Positions 36,083 through 45,777 of a stretch of 64,000 nucleotides of DNA are shown here, one piece after another. The stretch covers positions 1,344,001 through 1,408,000 of the forward strand of contig OY970355.1 of assembly GCA_963718525.1 (NCBI GenBank), given 5' to 3'. Every line of letters begins with the position of its first letter. Position 1 is the first letter of the stretch. The notes beneath the pieces are model-generated. The model saw nothing but the letters and a program-made list of their open reading frames with translations, ran no database searches and was not told the origin of the DNA. The stretch is from Candidatus Dormiibacterota bacterium. Its GTDB lineage: Bacteria > Chloroflexota > Dormibacteria > Aeolococcales > Aeolococcaceae. The position numbers and the translations under genes are program-made.

Positions 36083-36912
36083 GGCGGAGAGACTCGACGC
36101 AGGAACCCACGCGGATTGAATGTCAGATGGTACTTCTGCCTTCCCTCGTCGACGACAAACTCGTCGTTGCCGGAGAGAAACGCCGATACCGCCTCCATCG
36201 GACCTGGCCCGAAATCCGGGAGGACAGGGTGGTTGTTGACGTTGGTGTCCTCGACAATCACGTATGACCCGACCGTCACCATCGGCGCATACACAGACAA
36301 TTCGCGCTCGACATGCGGCGCGCTGTGATCGGAATCGAGGATCACGAGGACGTTCCCTGTCGTCGGAACGCGTGCGCGAACCGTGGCGACCACCTCTGGA
36401 TCGGTTGATGAACCGAGGACATACGTGATGCGGGGGTGAACCGGGCGCCCGGGCTTGGCATCGATGTCGATGGTGATGATCTCGCCAGTCCCGACCAGAT
36501 CGCACATCGATGCCAGGAAGGCGGCGCTGCCCCCATGTGCCGTCCCACACTCGATGATCAGCGCGGGGCGCAGCTCGTGCAGGATCTCCTGGTAGATCCA
36601 GAGGTCAAGCGGACACTTCCAGGCGTCCACACCCATCCAACGCGTCTCGAGCCAGGTTCCGGGATCGTTGTAGTACAGCCGGTGAAACTGGTCGACGATC
36701 GCCTTGCGAACGGCGAGGTCCGGCTGTCCGCCCGGAGCCTGGGGCGAGAGGCAGTCGAAGCTGTGCGTGATCAGTGCTGCGATCCCGGATCCCCGCCTGC
36801 GCAGGTACCAGGCTGCCAGCGCGTCAGCGCGGGGCTGAGCGAACGCGGTGGCGAGCGCCCTTGCTCTTGACAGCGCGCGACGCGGGATTTGTTCTGCCAC
36901 TGATTGACTCAT
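36079..36912 (-). CDS. CmcI / cephalosporin-hydroxylase family (sugar O-)methyltransferase
   Basis: WMGVDAWKCPLDLWIYQE, IECGTAHGGS, LDSDH, VEDT. Confidence 0.88.
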   Translation of the reverse strand: MSQSVAEQIPRRALSRARALATAFAQPRADALAAWYLRRRGSGIAALITHSFDCLSPQAPGGQPDLAVRKAIVDQFHRLYYNDPGTWLETRWMGVDAWKCPLDLWIYQEILHELRPALIIECGTAHGGSAAFLASMCDLVGTGEIITIDIDAKPGRPVHPRITYVLGSSTDPEVVATVRARVPTTGNVLVILDSDHSAPHVERELSVYAPMVTVGSYVIVEDTNVNNHPVLPDFGPGPMEAVSAFLSGNDEFVVDEGRQKYHLTFNPRGFLRRVSPP

Positions 36913-37142
36913 GATGAGTGAAGGTGCATGGCGGTCATCCCAGGGATCGTAGAGCCCGAGCCCCGATACCGGCGCCCCTGGCGTCGACGGTCAAGGTTGG
37001 AATCTCCAGTGCGAATCGCACGCGGCGGGCGTGTCGCTTCGGTTCGAGCATACTCAGCGGCGGCGATTTGCGGGCACCCCGCATACCATCGTGGTTCGAT
37101 GCACCCTGAGATGGACCTGCCGATCGCACCGGGATCCACCGT

Positions 37143-39017
37143 GTGACCACCCCTCGCGAGACCGACAAGCTCCGCGACGAGCTGCGCGCGGCACGGCACC
37201 ACATCGCGGAGCTGGAGGCCGAGCTCCAGGCGTTGCGGGCCGAGCTGGCCGAGGCCACCGACAGAGCGTCCGCCCGGATCGCCGTGGCCGTCGCCGGCAA
37301 GCTGCGGCGGGTCGTGCCGCCCAACTCGCGACGCCAGCGGACCCTGCACAGCGTGGCGTCCAGGACGCTGACACTCGTCGACCACGGTCCATCAGCGGTG
37401 GCCGGGTCGATACGCCGTGACCGCGCGCTTCGCCGCGCGATCGGTGTTGCCGACACCGATGCGTCGCGACGCCGCCAGTATCGTCGCTGGCTCGAGCTGC
37501 ACACCCCGGAGGCGGCGGAGCTCGGCAACATGCGCCGGGTGTCCGAGGCGGAGGCCGGCGCACCGGTCATCAGCCTTGTGATGCCCGTTTACAACCCGGC
37601 TCGCGACTGGCTCGAGGCAGCCATCGCCTCAGTGCTGGAGCAGGCCTATCCGAACCTCGAGCTCTGCATTGCTGATGACGCGTCGACGCACTCCCATGTG
37701 CGCGACGTCCTTGACGCCGCGCTTGCCGATCCTCGTGTGCGCGTGGCGTATCGAGACGAGCAGGGTGGCATCGCCGCCGCCTCGAATTCCGCGCTGCATC
37801 TCGCGACCGGCGACTTCGTCGGTTTCCTTGACAACGACGATGTGCTGCGACCGCATGCGCTGTACGCTGTGGCGGCATACCTGCGCGAACATCCCGACGC
37901 GGACGTCGTGTACTCGGACGAGGACAAGTTGCTCCCGGACGGTAGCCTTGGCATTCCGACGTTCAAGCCTGACTTCTCACCGGACCGCCTGCTCGCCGAG
38001 AACTACATCAACCACTTCACGGTGGTGCGACGAGCCCTCGCTCTTGCGGTGGGAGGATTCCGCGAAGGATTCGATGGCAGCCAGGATCACGATCTGATGC
38101 TGCGCGTCACCGAGGCTGCGACACACGTCGGACACGTGCCCGACGTGCTCTATGCTTGGAGGATGGTCGCGGGTTCCACGGCGATCTCGGCCGGCTTCAA
38201 GCCGCTCGCGCGCGACGCCGGGCGCCGGGCGGTCGCGGACGCGCTGCAGCGGCGGGGGGTCGAGGCACGCGTCGACCTCGGTCCAAGCCCGGGCCTCTAC
38301 ATTCCACGGTACCGTCTCGCCGGCGCGCCATCGGTCGACGTGATCGTCGTCGCGAGGACTGAGGGCACCGACCTGACCGACTGCCTTGCGACCATCAAGC
38401 GCATCTCCACGTATGAGCACCGCAGCGTCGCAACGGTGATTGCCGGTCGCAACATGCCATCCGCGATCAACCAAGCGGCTCGAGCGATGCAAGGCGATCA
38501 CATCGTGGTGGTCGACGCGTCCACTCGCGTGATCACGGCCGAGTGGCTCGAGACCATGCTCGAATTGAGCCAGCGCACGGGGATCGGTGCGGTTGGGATC
38601 CGGCTGCGATATCCCGATGGCACGGTCGCGCACGAGGGCATGGTGTGCGGACGCCTTGGGCTCGCGAGCAATGTCGATCAGCACCTGCGCGTCATCAAGG
38701 AGATGAGTGCGGTTTCCGGGGCTTGCCTGATGACGCGTCGCGATGTGTTCGACGATGCAGGTGGATTCGACGAGCGGTTCTCTCGGTCTCTCTGGGATGT
38801 CGACTACTGCATGCGCATACGCGCGCTCGGGCATCGTGTGCTATGCACGCCACTCGCGGAGATGACGTGGGGCGACGCGGCTCGCTCGACTTCCGGCGTA
38901 ATGACCGCCAACTCACGGACTTTCGCGCAGCGATGGGGCGGAGTCGATGAGATCGAAGATCCCTACCTCAACGTCAACGTGCTCTGGCCTGAACCGCTGA
39001 GCCTCCGCGTCGACTAG
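37143..39017 (+). CDS. two-domain GT2 glycosyltransferase with an N-terminal coiled coil
   Basis: MPVYNP, CIADDAS, FLDNDD, YSDEDK, GSQDHDL, second domain AVSGACL..GGFDE..DVDYC. Confidence 0.9.
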   Translation: MTTPRETDKLRDELRAARHHIAELEAELQALRAELAEATDRASARIAVAVAGKLRRVVPPNSRRQRTLHSVASRTLTLVDHGPSAVAGSIRRDRALRRAIGVADTDASRRRQYRRWLELHTPEAAELGNMRRVSEAEAGAPVISLVMPVYNPARDWLEAAIASVLEQAYPNLELCIADDASTHSHVRDVLDAALADPRVRVAYRDEQGGIAAASNSALHLATGDFVGFLDNDDVLRPHALYAVAAYLREHPDADVVYSDEDKLLPDGSLGIPTFKPDFSPDRLLAENYINHFTVVRRALALAVGGFREGFDGSQDHDLMLRVTEAATHVGHVPDVLYAWRMVAGSTAISAGFKPLARDAGRRAVADALQRRGVEARVDLGPSPGLYIPRYRLAGAPSVDVIVVARTEGTDLTDCLATIKRISTYEHRSVATVIAGRNMPSAINQAARAMQGDHIVVVDASTRVITAEWLETMLELSQRTGIGAVGIRLRYPDGTVAHEGMVCGRLGLASNVDQHLRVIKEMSAVSGACLMTRRDVFDDAGGFDERFSRSLWDVDYCMRIRALGHRVLCTPLAEMTWGDAARSTSGVMTANSRTFAQRWGGVDEIEDPYLNVNVLWPEPLSLRVD

Positions 39018-39105
39018 CTGAGAAAGTCGTCACCCATCCGTCATTTCCGAGGATCCACGGTACACTCTGGCGCGAAGGGGACAACAACCGGGACGGAGGC
39101 GTGGT

Positions 39106-42100
39106 GTGAAGGTTGGACGTCGACTGGGCAGCTGGATCTTTGGTGTCGTCATCGTTGCAGTGCTCCCTGCATTCGGATCGACAAACGTTGCAGCCGCACG
39201 TGCCGCCGCGCCTGCAACTCGATCTGCGCCTTCGATTCACTCCTCGCACAGTTCGCCGTTCTTCCCCTTGACAGCCAACGATCGCGCGGTCGCCAGATCT
39301 CGGACACTCAAGCGCGGCGGGAGCGTGCCCGTGAGCAGCCTCGGACGCGGACCGGCTGCCGCAGGCCTTCGTGGAGTCAGTGGTGCTGCTGCACTGCCGC
39401 ACAGTTCCAGAACTGCTCCCTTGGTCGGATCGACAACTCCCAACACGCTGGTGTCCTTTCCGGGAACAGCACAGGAGACCGCGATCAGCGCCTTCGGCAA
39501 CGATCAGCAGGTCACGCCTCCCAATGAGGATGTCGCCGCGAGCCCGTCGAACGTCGTCGAGGTCGTCAACTCCACGATCTATGTCTTCAGTCGGTACACA
39601 GGTACCGCGGTCGGTGCGGCCGATCTCAACGTCTTCATGAACGTCCTCTCCGGCTACCACAGCAGCGACCCGCGTGTGATCTACGACGCCAGTGCGGGAC
39701 GATTCTGGGTGACGGTCACCGAGGTTCCCGACAGCTACCTCTCGCCGAATAACTGCCCACTGGCGGCGCCTGTACTCATCGCGGTCTCTGCATCGTCGAA
39801 TCCGCTGCCCTTCGGCGGGTGGATCGTGTACGGACTTCCGATGGCGCAATTTGGCGGTACCACTGGACAGCAGTTGACAGAATTCGCTGACCAGCCGGGT
39901 CTGGGAATCTCGACGAACACCGTGACCGTCACATTCGATGACTACACGTGCGACAACCAGTTCAACGGCAGCGAGATCGACGTTCTACAGAAGACAGACT
40001 TCGAGAAGAACCAGGGCTTCAGTTCTCTCTACTACTTCTATGACGGGCCATTCGCGCCGCAGCCCGTGCAGGCGCTCGGAGCGATGTCGCTGACGTACAT
40101 TGTGAGCAACCAGTCCGACTGCGCCGGGAACGGATGCTTGAACGGCACTCCGGACGCGCTCGTGCAGGGATTCACCGGAACGCCGGAGTTGGGTGGTGTC
40201 ACGAATGGGCCGTACGTGTTCGTCCCGATGACCCCGACTGCGGTGAGTGGCACCGGGTTCCTGCCCCCGGCCGACCAACCGAGCCCGGCACCTCAACTGC
40301 AGACCAACGACGATCGCTTCCTGAACGCGGTGTGGGAGAACGGGCAGATCTGGACCGCAGACGGCACCAGCTGTCAGCTCTCCGGCGACACCGCGCAAAG
40401 AGACTGTCTGAACTATGTGGAGATTGCCGCCAGCGGGACGACGAACACCATCGGCGGAACGCTCACCAATCAACTTGACAATGTGTCGATCATCGGGTCG
40501 GACCTCTTCTACCCGGCGGTCAGCCTCGACAGCGCAGGCGACGTGATCACGGTGTTCGATGAGTTGTCCACCACGATGAACCCCAGCATCATCGATGCAT
40601 CGATCGCGTCGGGTACCGCCACGCTCAGCAGCTATCACACCCTGCACACGAGCCCGACGTACTACAACGGCAATGACCTCTTCTCAGGTGCGTGCGACAC
40701 CAACGGATGCCGGTGGGGTGACTACTCGGGTGCGGCCCAGGACCCGGTGAATCCAAAGGACGTCTGGGTGGTGTCCGGGTCGGTGGACAACACGACCACC
40801 CTTGGGCCGTGCGCAACGATTAATGCGTGCTGGAACACGCAGATCAACGAGGTGACGGTGTCCGGGCCTGTGCTCACGGCCCTGACCCAGTCGCTGGGGC
40901 CGGTCGCCGGTGGACAGACCGTGACGGTCAGTGGGACCGACTTCGATCCAACCACCACGGCAACGTTCGGGGGAAGCCCGATCACGATCAGCCTCACCTC
41001 GCCGCAGACGTTCACCTTCGTGACGCCGGCAAGCGGTCCGGGCGGAGGGACCGACGTCGTCCAGGCGACAGACGCGCTGGGAACGACCAACACGCTCACG
41101 TACACCTACGAGGGCCTCGCCAACTACACGCCGCTGACGCCCTTCCGCATTCTGGACACGCGCAATACTGGCGGGCCGATCGGTCAAGGGCTGATCAGGG
41201 CAGTGCAGGTCACCGGGCTGGGCACAATCCCGGTACCGAGCAGTGCGAGCGCCGCGGTGCTCAACGTCACCGAAGTTGTGGGGTCGGCGTCGAGCCTGCT
41301 CACGGTCTACCCGTACGGAAGCGTGAGGCCGACCGCGTCGAACCTCAACTTCGCGGCGCAGACGGTCATCGCCAACCTTGTCACGGTCACCCTCGGCGCT
41401 CACAGCGGCCAGGGCTGGATCGACATCTACAACGCCGTTGGCAGCGTGAACGTGATCGTCGACGTCGAGGGATTTTTCACGACGGCTCCAGCCACGACCT
41501 ACCAGGGGCTCTTCCATCCGATCGCGCCGGTTCGCGTCTGTGACACGCGCACACCCGCGAAATGCGACGGCCATAGCGCTGTGGGCGCCGGACATTCGAT
41601 AGTGGTCACAGTCGCGAACTCCGGCGGGATCCCCAGTGACGGGACCGCCGAGGCGGCGGTGGTCAACCTCACAGGCGTGGTCGGCAGCACCGGGACCTAT
41701 CTCAGCCTGTTCCCGACCAATTCCGACGGCACGTGCACGCCCACCGGGACGTCGACCAGCAACCTTGCGGCCGGCGCCGTCGTGGCGAATCGAGTCATGG
41801 TGAAACTCGGTCCAACGAGCCCCGGTGGGCAGAACGACGCGCTGTGCGTGTTCAATTCGGCCGGTACGATCAACGTGCTCGTCGATGCCAACGGCTGGTA
41901 TGGAAGCTCCACCATCACGGCGACCCCGGCCGGCTATCAGTACCAGCCGCTTCCCCCAACGCGCATCTGCGACACGCGGTACGCGTCGACCTCCTGCGAC
42001 CCCGGAGCGATCGGTGGCGGTGTGAGCCGGCTGATCAGGGTGGCCGGGAATGCCGGCGTGCCGGGCTTCAGCAGTTCGACGAAGGTCGTGGCGATGGTCG

Positions 42101-42333
42101 CCAACCTGACTGCGGTAACGCCCTCGGCCGGGACGTACATGGCCCTGTACCCGGCGAATCTCCCCGTTCCAAGGGTGTCCGACGTCAACGTCAACGCTGC
42201 GGAGGTCCTCCCCAACCTGGCGGTGGTCCAACTCGACACAATCCCTGCTGACGCGCACGACGGTCAGGTGTACCTGTACAACAGCGTCGGAAGCGTCAAC
42301 GCGATCATCGACCTAGAGGGCTGGTTTCAGTAG
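39106..42333 (+). CDS. large secreted/surface protein: signal peptide, beta-rich N-domain, IPT/TIG-like domain, three C-terminal repeats
   Basis: signal-like N-terminus; PPNEDVAAS, DPRVIYD and RWGDYS motifs; GGQTVTVSGTDF; repeats starting TPFRILDTR, APVRVCDTR, PPTRICDTR. Confidence 0.85.
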   Translation: MKVGRRLGSWIFGVVIVAVLPAFGSTNVAAARAAAPATRSAPSIHSSHSSPFFPLTANDRAVARSRTLKRGGSVPVSSLGRGPAAAGLRGVSGAAALPHSSRTAPLVGSTTPNTLVSFPGTAQETAISAFGNDQQVTPPNEDVAASPSNVVEVVNSTIYVFSRYTGTAVGAADLNVFMNVLSGYHSSDPRVIYDASAGRFWVTVTEVPDSYLSPNNCPLAAPVLIAVSASSNPLPFGGWIVYGLPMAQFGGTTGQQLTEFADQPGLGISTNTVTVTFDDYTCDNQFNGSEIDVLQKTDFEKNQGFSSLYYFYDGPFAPQPVQALGAMSLTYIVSNQSDCAGNGCLNGTPDALVQGFTGTPELGGVTNGPYVFVPMTPTAVSGTGFLPPADQPSPAPQLQTNDDRFLNAVWENGQIWTADGTSCQLSGDTAQRDCLNYVEIAASGTTNTIGGTLTNQLDNVSIIGSDLFYPAVSLDSAGDVITVFDELSTTMNPSIIDASIASGTATLSSYHTLHTSPTYYNGNDLFSGACDTNGCRWGDYSGAAQDPVNPKDVWVVSGSVDNTTTLGPCATINACWNTQINEVTVSGPVLTALTQSLGPVAGGQTVTVSGTDFDPTTTATFGGSPITISLTSPQTFTFVTPASGPGGGTDVVQATDALGTTNTLTYTYEGLANYTPLTPFRILDTRNTGGPIGQGLIRAVQVTGLGTIPVPSSASAAVLNVTEVVGSASSLLTVYPYGSVRPTASNLNFAAQTVIANLVTVTLGAHSGQGWIDIYNAVGSVNVIVDVEGFFTTAPATTYQGLFHPIAPVRVCDTRTPAKCDGHSAVGAGHSIVVTVANSGGIPSDGTAEAAVVNLTGVVGSTGTYLSLFPTNSDGTCTPTGTSTSNLAAGAVVANRVMVKLGPTSPGGQNDALCVFNSAGTINVLVDANGWYGSSTITATPAGYQYQPLPPTRICDTRYASTSCDPGAIGGGVSRLIRVAGNAGVPGFSSSTKVVAMVANLTAVTPSAGTYMALYPANLPVPRVSDVNVNAAEVLPNLAVVQLDTIPADAHDGQVYLYNSVGSVNAIIDLEGWFQ

Positions 42334-42344
42334 CTGTGGCATGG

Positions 42345-42914
42345 ATGGCAGTGCTCCCCGAGATGGACGGGGTGCTGAACTCGATGGCCTCGCGCCCACT
42401 CGCCGAGCGGATCGGCGCGATCGACGGCGTCATGGTCAAGACGTTCAAGAAGTGGGCCGACCAGCGCGGCTACTTCATCGAGCAGCTGAAGCGCGGCGAT
42501 CTCGATGACCAGGGCCGGCCGTTCATCCCCGATCAGCCCTTTGCCCAGATGTCCCGGAGCCTTGCCTACGCGCGGGGCGGCAACCCGCCCGAGCTGATCA
42601 AGGCCTTCCACTGGCACCGGCGCCAGTGGGACTACTGGGACATCGTCCAGGGGGATGCGCGCGTGGTCCTGGTGGACCTTCGCCATGATTCGCCGACGGC
42701 GGGCAGGATCCAGTCGGTGATGCTCGGTGAGAACGCCCCGCGCATGGTGGCCATCCCGCCGCTCGTGGCCCACGGCTACCAGTGCGTCTCCCAGCGCGAC
42801 GTGATCCTCAACTACTACGTGACCGAGCCATACAGCCCGGCCGACCCCGACGAGGGCCGCATCCCCTGGAACGATCCTCGCATCGGCTTCGACTGGACGA
42901 TCGAGAACATCTGA
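42345..42914 (+). CDS. rmlC: dTDP-4-dehydrorhamnose 3,5-epimerase-like cupin
   Basis: IDGV..DQRGYF.E, KAFHWH, VDLRHDSPT, IPP.VAHGY, WNDP.IG.DW. Confidence 0.8.
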   Translation: MAVLPEMDGVLNSMASRPLAERIGAIDGVMVKTFKKWADQRGYFIEQLKRGDLDDQGRPFIPDQPFAQMSRSLAYARGGNPPELIKAFHWHRRQWDYWDIVQGDARVVLVDLRHDSPTAGRIQSVMLGENAPRMVAIPPLVAHGYQCVSQRDVILNYYVTEPYSPADPDEGRIPWNDPRIGFDWTIENI

Positions 42915-42915
42915 C

Positions 42916-43923
42916 GTGCGTCTGTTGGTGACCGGTGGAGCGGGCTTCATCGGCAGCGAGTTCGTCCGCATGACGCTCCGTGACCACCCTGACGATTCCG
43001 TGGTCGTGCTCGACAAGCTCACCTACGCGGGCAACGAGCGCAACCTCGAGAGCGTGAACTCGGACCCGCGGTTCCGGTTCGTCCGTGGGGACATCTGCGA
43101 CGCGGGAATCGTCCGCGACCTCGCCGCGGGTGTCGACGTCATCGTCAACTTCGCCGCAGAGTCGCACGTCGACCGGTCGCTCGAAGCACCCGGGCAGTTC
43201 ATCCTCACGGATGTCTACGGCACATTCGTGCTGATGGACGCTGCCCGTGAGCACGACCATCAACGGTTCGTCCAGGTGAGCACCGACGAGGTCTATGGCG
43301 AGGTCGCAAGCGGGCTGAGCGTGGAGGGCGATCCGCTGCAACCCCGGAGCCCGTACAGCGCCAGCAAGGCGGGGGGTGAGCTGCAGGTCCAGGCGTATCG
43401 AACGTCGTATGGATTCCCGGCGATCGTGACCCGTGGCTCGAACACCTACGGGCCGTATCAGTACCCCGAGAAGATCATCCCGCTGTTCATCACCAACGCA
43501 ATCGACGACCGCCCGCTTCCGATCTACGGAGACGGCGGCGCGGTTCGCGACTACCTGTACGTGGAGGACCATGCCCGCGGTATCGACTGCGCGCTCCGGC
43601 ACGGTGTTCCGGGCACCGACTACAACATCGGCGCGGGCGGCGAGACCGACGGCATCGCGGTCGCTGACACTGTCCTCCGTCTGCTCGGCAAACCCAGCTC
43701 GCTCAAGCAATTCGTCCGCGACCGGCTGGGCCACGACCGCCGGTACGCGCTCGACTCGACGCGCCTCACCGGGCTCGGATGGCATCCCACGGTGACCTTC
43801 GACGCCGGCATGGAGCGGACCGTCGCATGGTTTGTGGAACACGAGGATTGGTGGCGACCGCTCAAGTCCGGCGAGTTCTGGGAGTTCTACCAGCGAAACT
43901 ACAAACCCGTGCATGCCGGTTGA
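42916..43923 (+). CDS. rmlB: dTDP-glucose 4,6-dehydratase
   Basis: GGAGFIG, DKLTYAGN, AAESHVDRS, STDEVYG, YSASK, PEKIIP, GHDRRY. Confidence 0.95.
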   Translation: MRLLVTGGAGFIGSEFVRMTLRDHPDDSVVVLDKLTYAGNERNLESVNSDPRFRFVRGDICDAGIVRDLAAGVDVIVNFAAESHVDRSLEAPGQFILTDVYGTFVLMDAAREHDHQRFVQVSTDEVYGEVASGLSVEGDPLQPRSPYSASKAGGELQVQAYRTSYGFPAIVTRGSNTYGPYQYPEKIIPLFITNAIDDRPLPIYGDGGAVRDYLYVEDHARGIDCALRHGVPGTDYNIGAGGETDGIAVADTVLRLLGKPSSLKQFVRDRLGHDRRYALDSTRLTGLGWHPTVTFDAGMERTVAWFVEHEDWWRPLKSGEFWEFYQRNYKPVHAG

Positions 43924-44086
43924 GCCTCGCGAAAGGCGTCGTATCGATGCGGTATCATCGATCGTCGAAAGAGGTCAAACGCGCCAACACCGGAGTTGGT
44001 GTGGCCCAGACGGGTGGATGCAGTTGCCTGACACAGCCCAGAAGAAGCGCGCTGGTTTGACCGTAGGACGGGGTACGATCGAGCCG

Positions 44087-44815
44087 TTGCGAACAGTCGT
44101 CGTGATGCCGGCGTACAACGCGGCAAAGACGCTCGAGACAACGCTGGCGAAAATTCCCCCGGGCGTCGTGGACACGATCATCCTGGTCGACGACGGCAGC
44201 CGGGACGGGACGGCCGCCCTTGCGGTATCGCTCGATCTGGTGGTCATCTCGCATCCGCACAATGCCGGCTACGGCGCCAATCAGAAGACGTGCTACATCG
44301 AGGCACTGCGAGACGGCGCGGACGTCATCGTCATGCTGCATCCGGACGGGCAGTACGACCCAGCGATCCTCGACGACATGGTCGAGGTCATCCGCAGCGG
44401 TCGCGCCGATGTCGTGCTGGGGTCACGCTTTCTCAACCGCGGCGGTGCTCGCGCCGGGGGCATGCCGTGGTGGAAACGCATCGCGAACCGCTTCCTCACC
44501 GGGTACGAGAATCGTGTCCTCGGACTCGAACTCACCGAGTATCACACCGGGTACCGCGCGTACAGCCGCGCGTTCCTCACCACAGTGCCATTTCTGCGCA
44601 ACTCGAATGATTTCGTCTTCGACACGCAGATCCTCACGCAGGCCGCGTCCTTCAAGTTCAAGGTGGCTGAGGTTCCGGTCACGACCAAGTATTTCGACGA
44701 CGCCTCGTCGGTGAACTTTCGCGTCTCGCTGATCTACGGGCTCAAAACCGTGTGGACCGTCAACCGGTACGTGCTCCACCGCCTGGGGCTGCGCTCGCGA
44801 CGCTACTCCCGCTGA
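44087..44815 (+). CDS. GT2, DPM-synthase-like glycosyltransferase
   Basis: VVMPAYNAA, VDDGSRD, GYGANQK, HPDGQY, EYHTGYRAY; TTG start with TACGAT 7 nt upstream. Confidence 0.9.
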   Translation: MRTVVVMPAYNAAKTLETTLAKIPPGVVDTIILVDDGSRDGTAALAVSLDLVVISHPHNAGYGANQKTCYIEALRDGADVIVMLHPDGQYDPAILDDMVEVIRSGRADVVLGSRFLNRGGARAGGMPWWKRIANRFLTGYENRVLGLELTEYHTGYRAYSRAFLTTVPFLRNSNDFVFDTQILTQAASFKFKVAEVPVTTKYFDDASSVNFRVSLIYGLKTVWTVNRYVLHRLGLRSRRYSR

Positions 44816-45777
44816 TCGGGATCGCGAACCGCGTACACAGCCACTGTCGCACTTCGCCGCGCAGCCGCTGCCAGCGGAGCGACGACAGCTGCGGCAACGC
44901 TCAGGGGAACGGCGAGCGCCACCGCGACGCCAGCCTGGAGGCGGGTGCTCCGCTGCCGGCGTAGGCGCGCCTCCGGCCGGCGCAACACGTCGTAGAGCAG
45001 GTTCGGAGGGAGCCCGAGACGGTTTTCGACCGTCTGCACGAAGCTGAAGACGTCGTATTCGGGCACCAGGCGGGTGACCTTGACCAGACGGAATCCTTCC
45101 GCACGGAGCATCGCGGTGAGCGTCGACGTCGTGAAGTGCACCAGGTGCCTCGGGACGTCGAGGTGAAACCAACCGGCGCGGCCGACTCTCGCTTCGGGAG
45201 AGGCGAAGTTCGGCACCGCGACGAGCAGGACGCCACCTGGACGGAGCAGCCGAGCGATGCCGCGCATCGTCGTCCGCGGAGTATGGAGGTGCTCGGCGAC
45301 GTGCCAGAGCACTACGGCATCGTAGGTGGCGCCGGCCTCAACCAGGTCATCGACGTCCACTGCGCTGACGTCGAGATGGAAGCCATCGCGCGCCTGCTGC
45401 GCGGCCGAGGGTGAGCGTTCGGTCCCCCGTACGTGCCAGCCGCGCGAGCGCATCTGATTGATGAACACCCCCGGCCCGCAGCCGATGTCAAGTACGCTTC
45501 CGGCGCCGCCGATGAGCCGCTCGATCGACCGGATCCGGCTGCGATGGACCAGGGAGAGGACGCGGTCCATACCACCGCGATAGCGCTTGGTCGTGCTGTG
45601 GTATCCGCCAGGGTAATAGCCGTCGAGCTCCTGCTCGGACGGCGCCGGGGCGGTCTGGGCCAGGTCGCACTCACTGCAGCGGACGATGCTGAACACATCC
45701 CCGCTCGCGGGATCCGGCGCCTCGAAGAGGGTCTCCAATGCCGCGCCCGGATGGCCGCACGCGGTGGGTGCCGTCAC
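44803..45777 (-). CDS. class I SAM methyltransferase with an N-terminal Zn-ribbon-like motif
   Basis: RCSECDL, LDIGCGPG, WHVAEH, VPN, PRHLVHF. Confidence 0.85.
   Translation of the reverse strand: MTAPTACGHPGAALETLFEAPDPASGDVFSIVRCSECDLAQTAPAPSEQELDGYYPGGYHSTTKRYRGGMDRVLSLVHRSRIRSIERLIGGAGSVLDIGCGPGVFINQMRSRGWHVRGTERSPSAAQQARDGFHLDVSAVDVDDLVEAGATYDAVVLWHVAEHLHTPRTTMRGIARLLRPGGVLLVAVPNFASPEARVGRAGWFHLDVPRHLVHFTTSTLTAMLRAEGFRLVKVTRLVPEYDVFSFVQTVENRLGLPPNLLYDVLRRPEARLRRQRSTRLQAGVAVALAVPLSVAAAVVAPLAAAARRSATVAVYAVRDPDQRE

Noticed and set aside
33972-36550. Apparent N-terminally extended Wzt (628 aa) and Wzm (439 aa)
   Set aside because: The extensions are off-frame readings of the upstream genes; 4-nt stop/start overlaps define starts at 35234 and 36082
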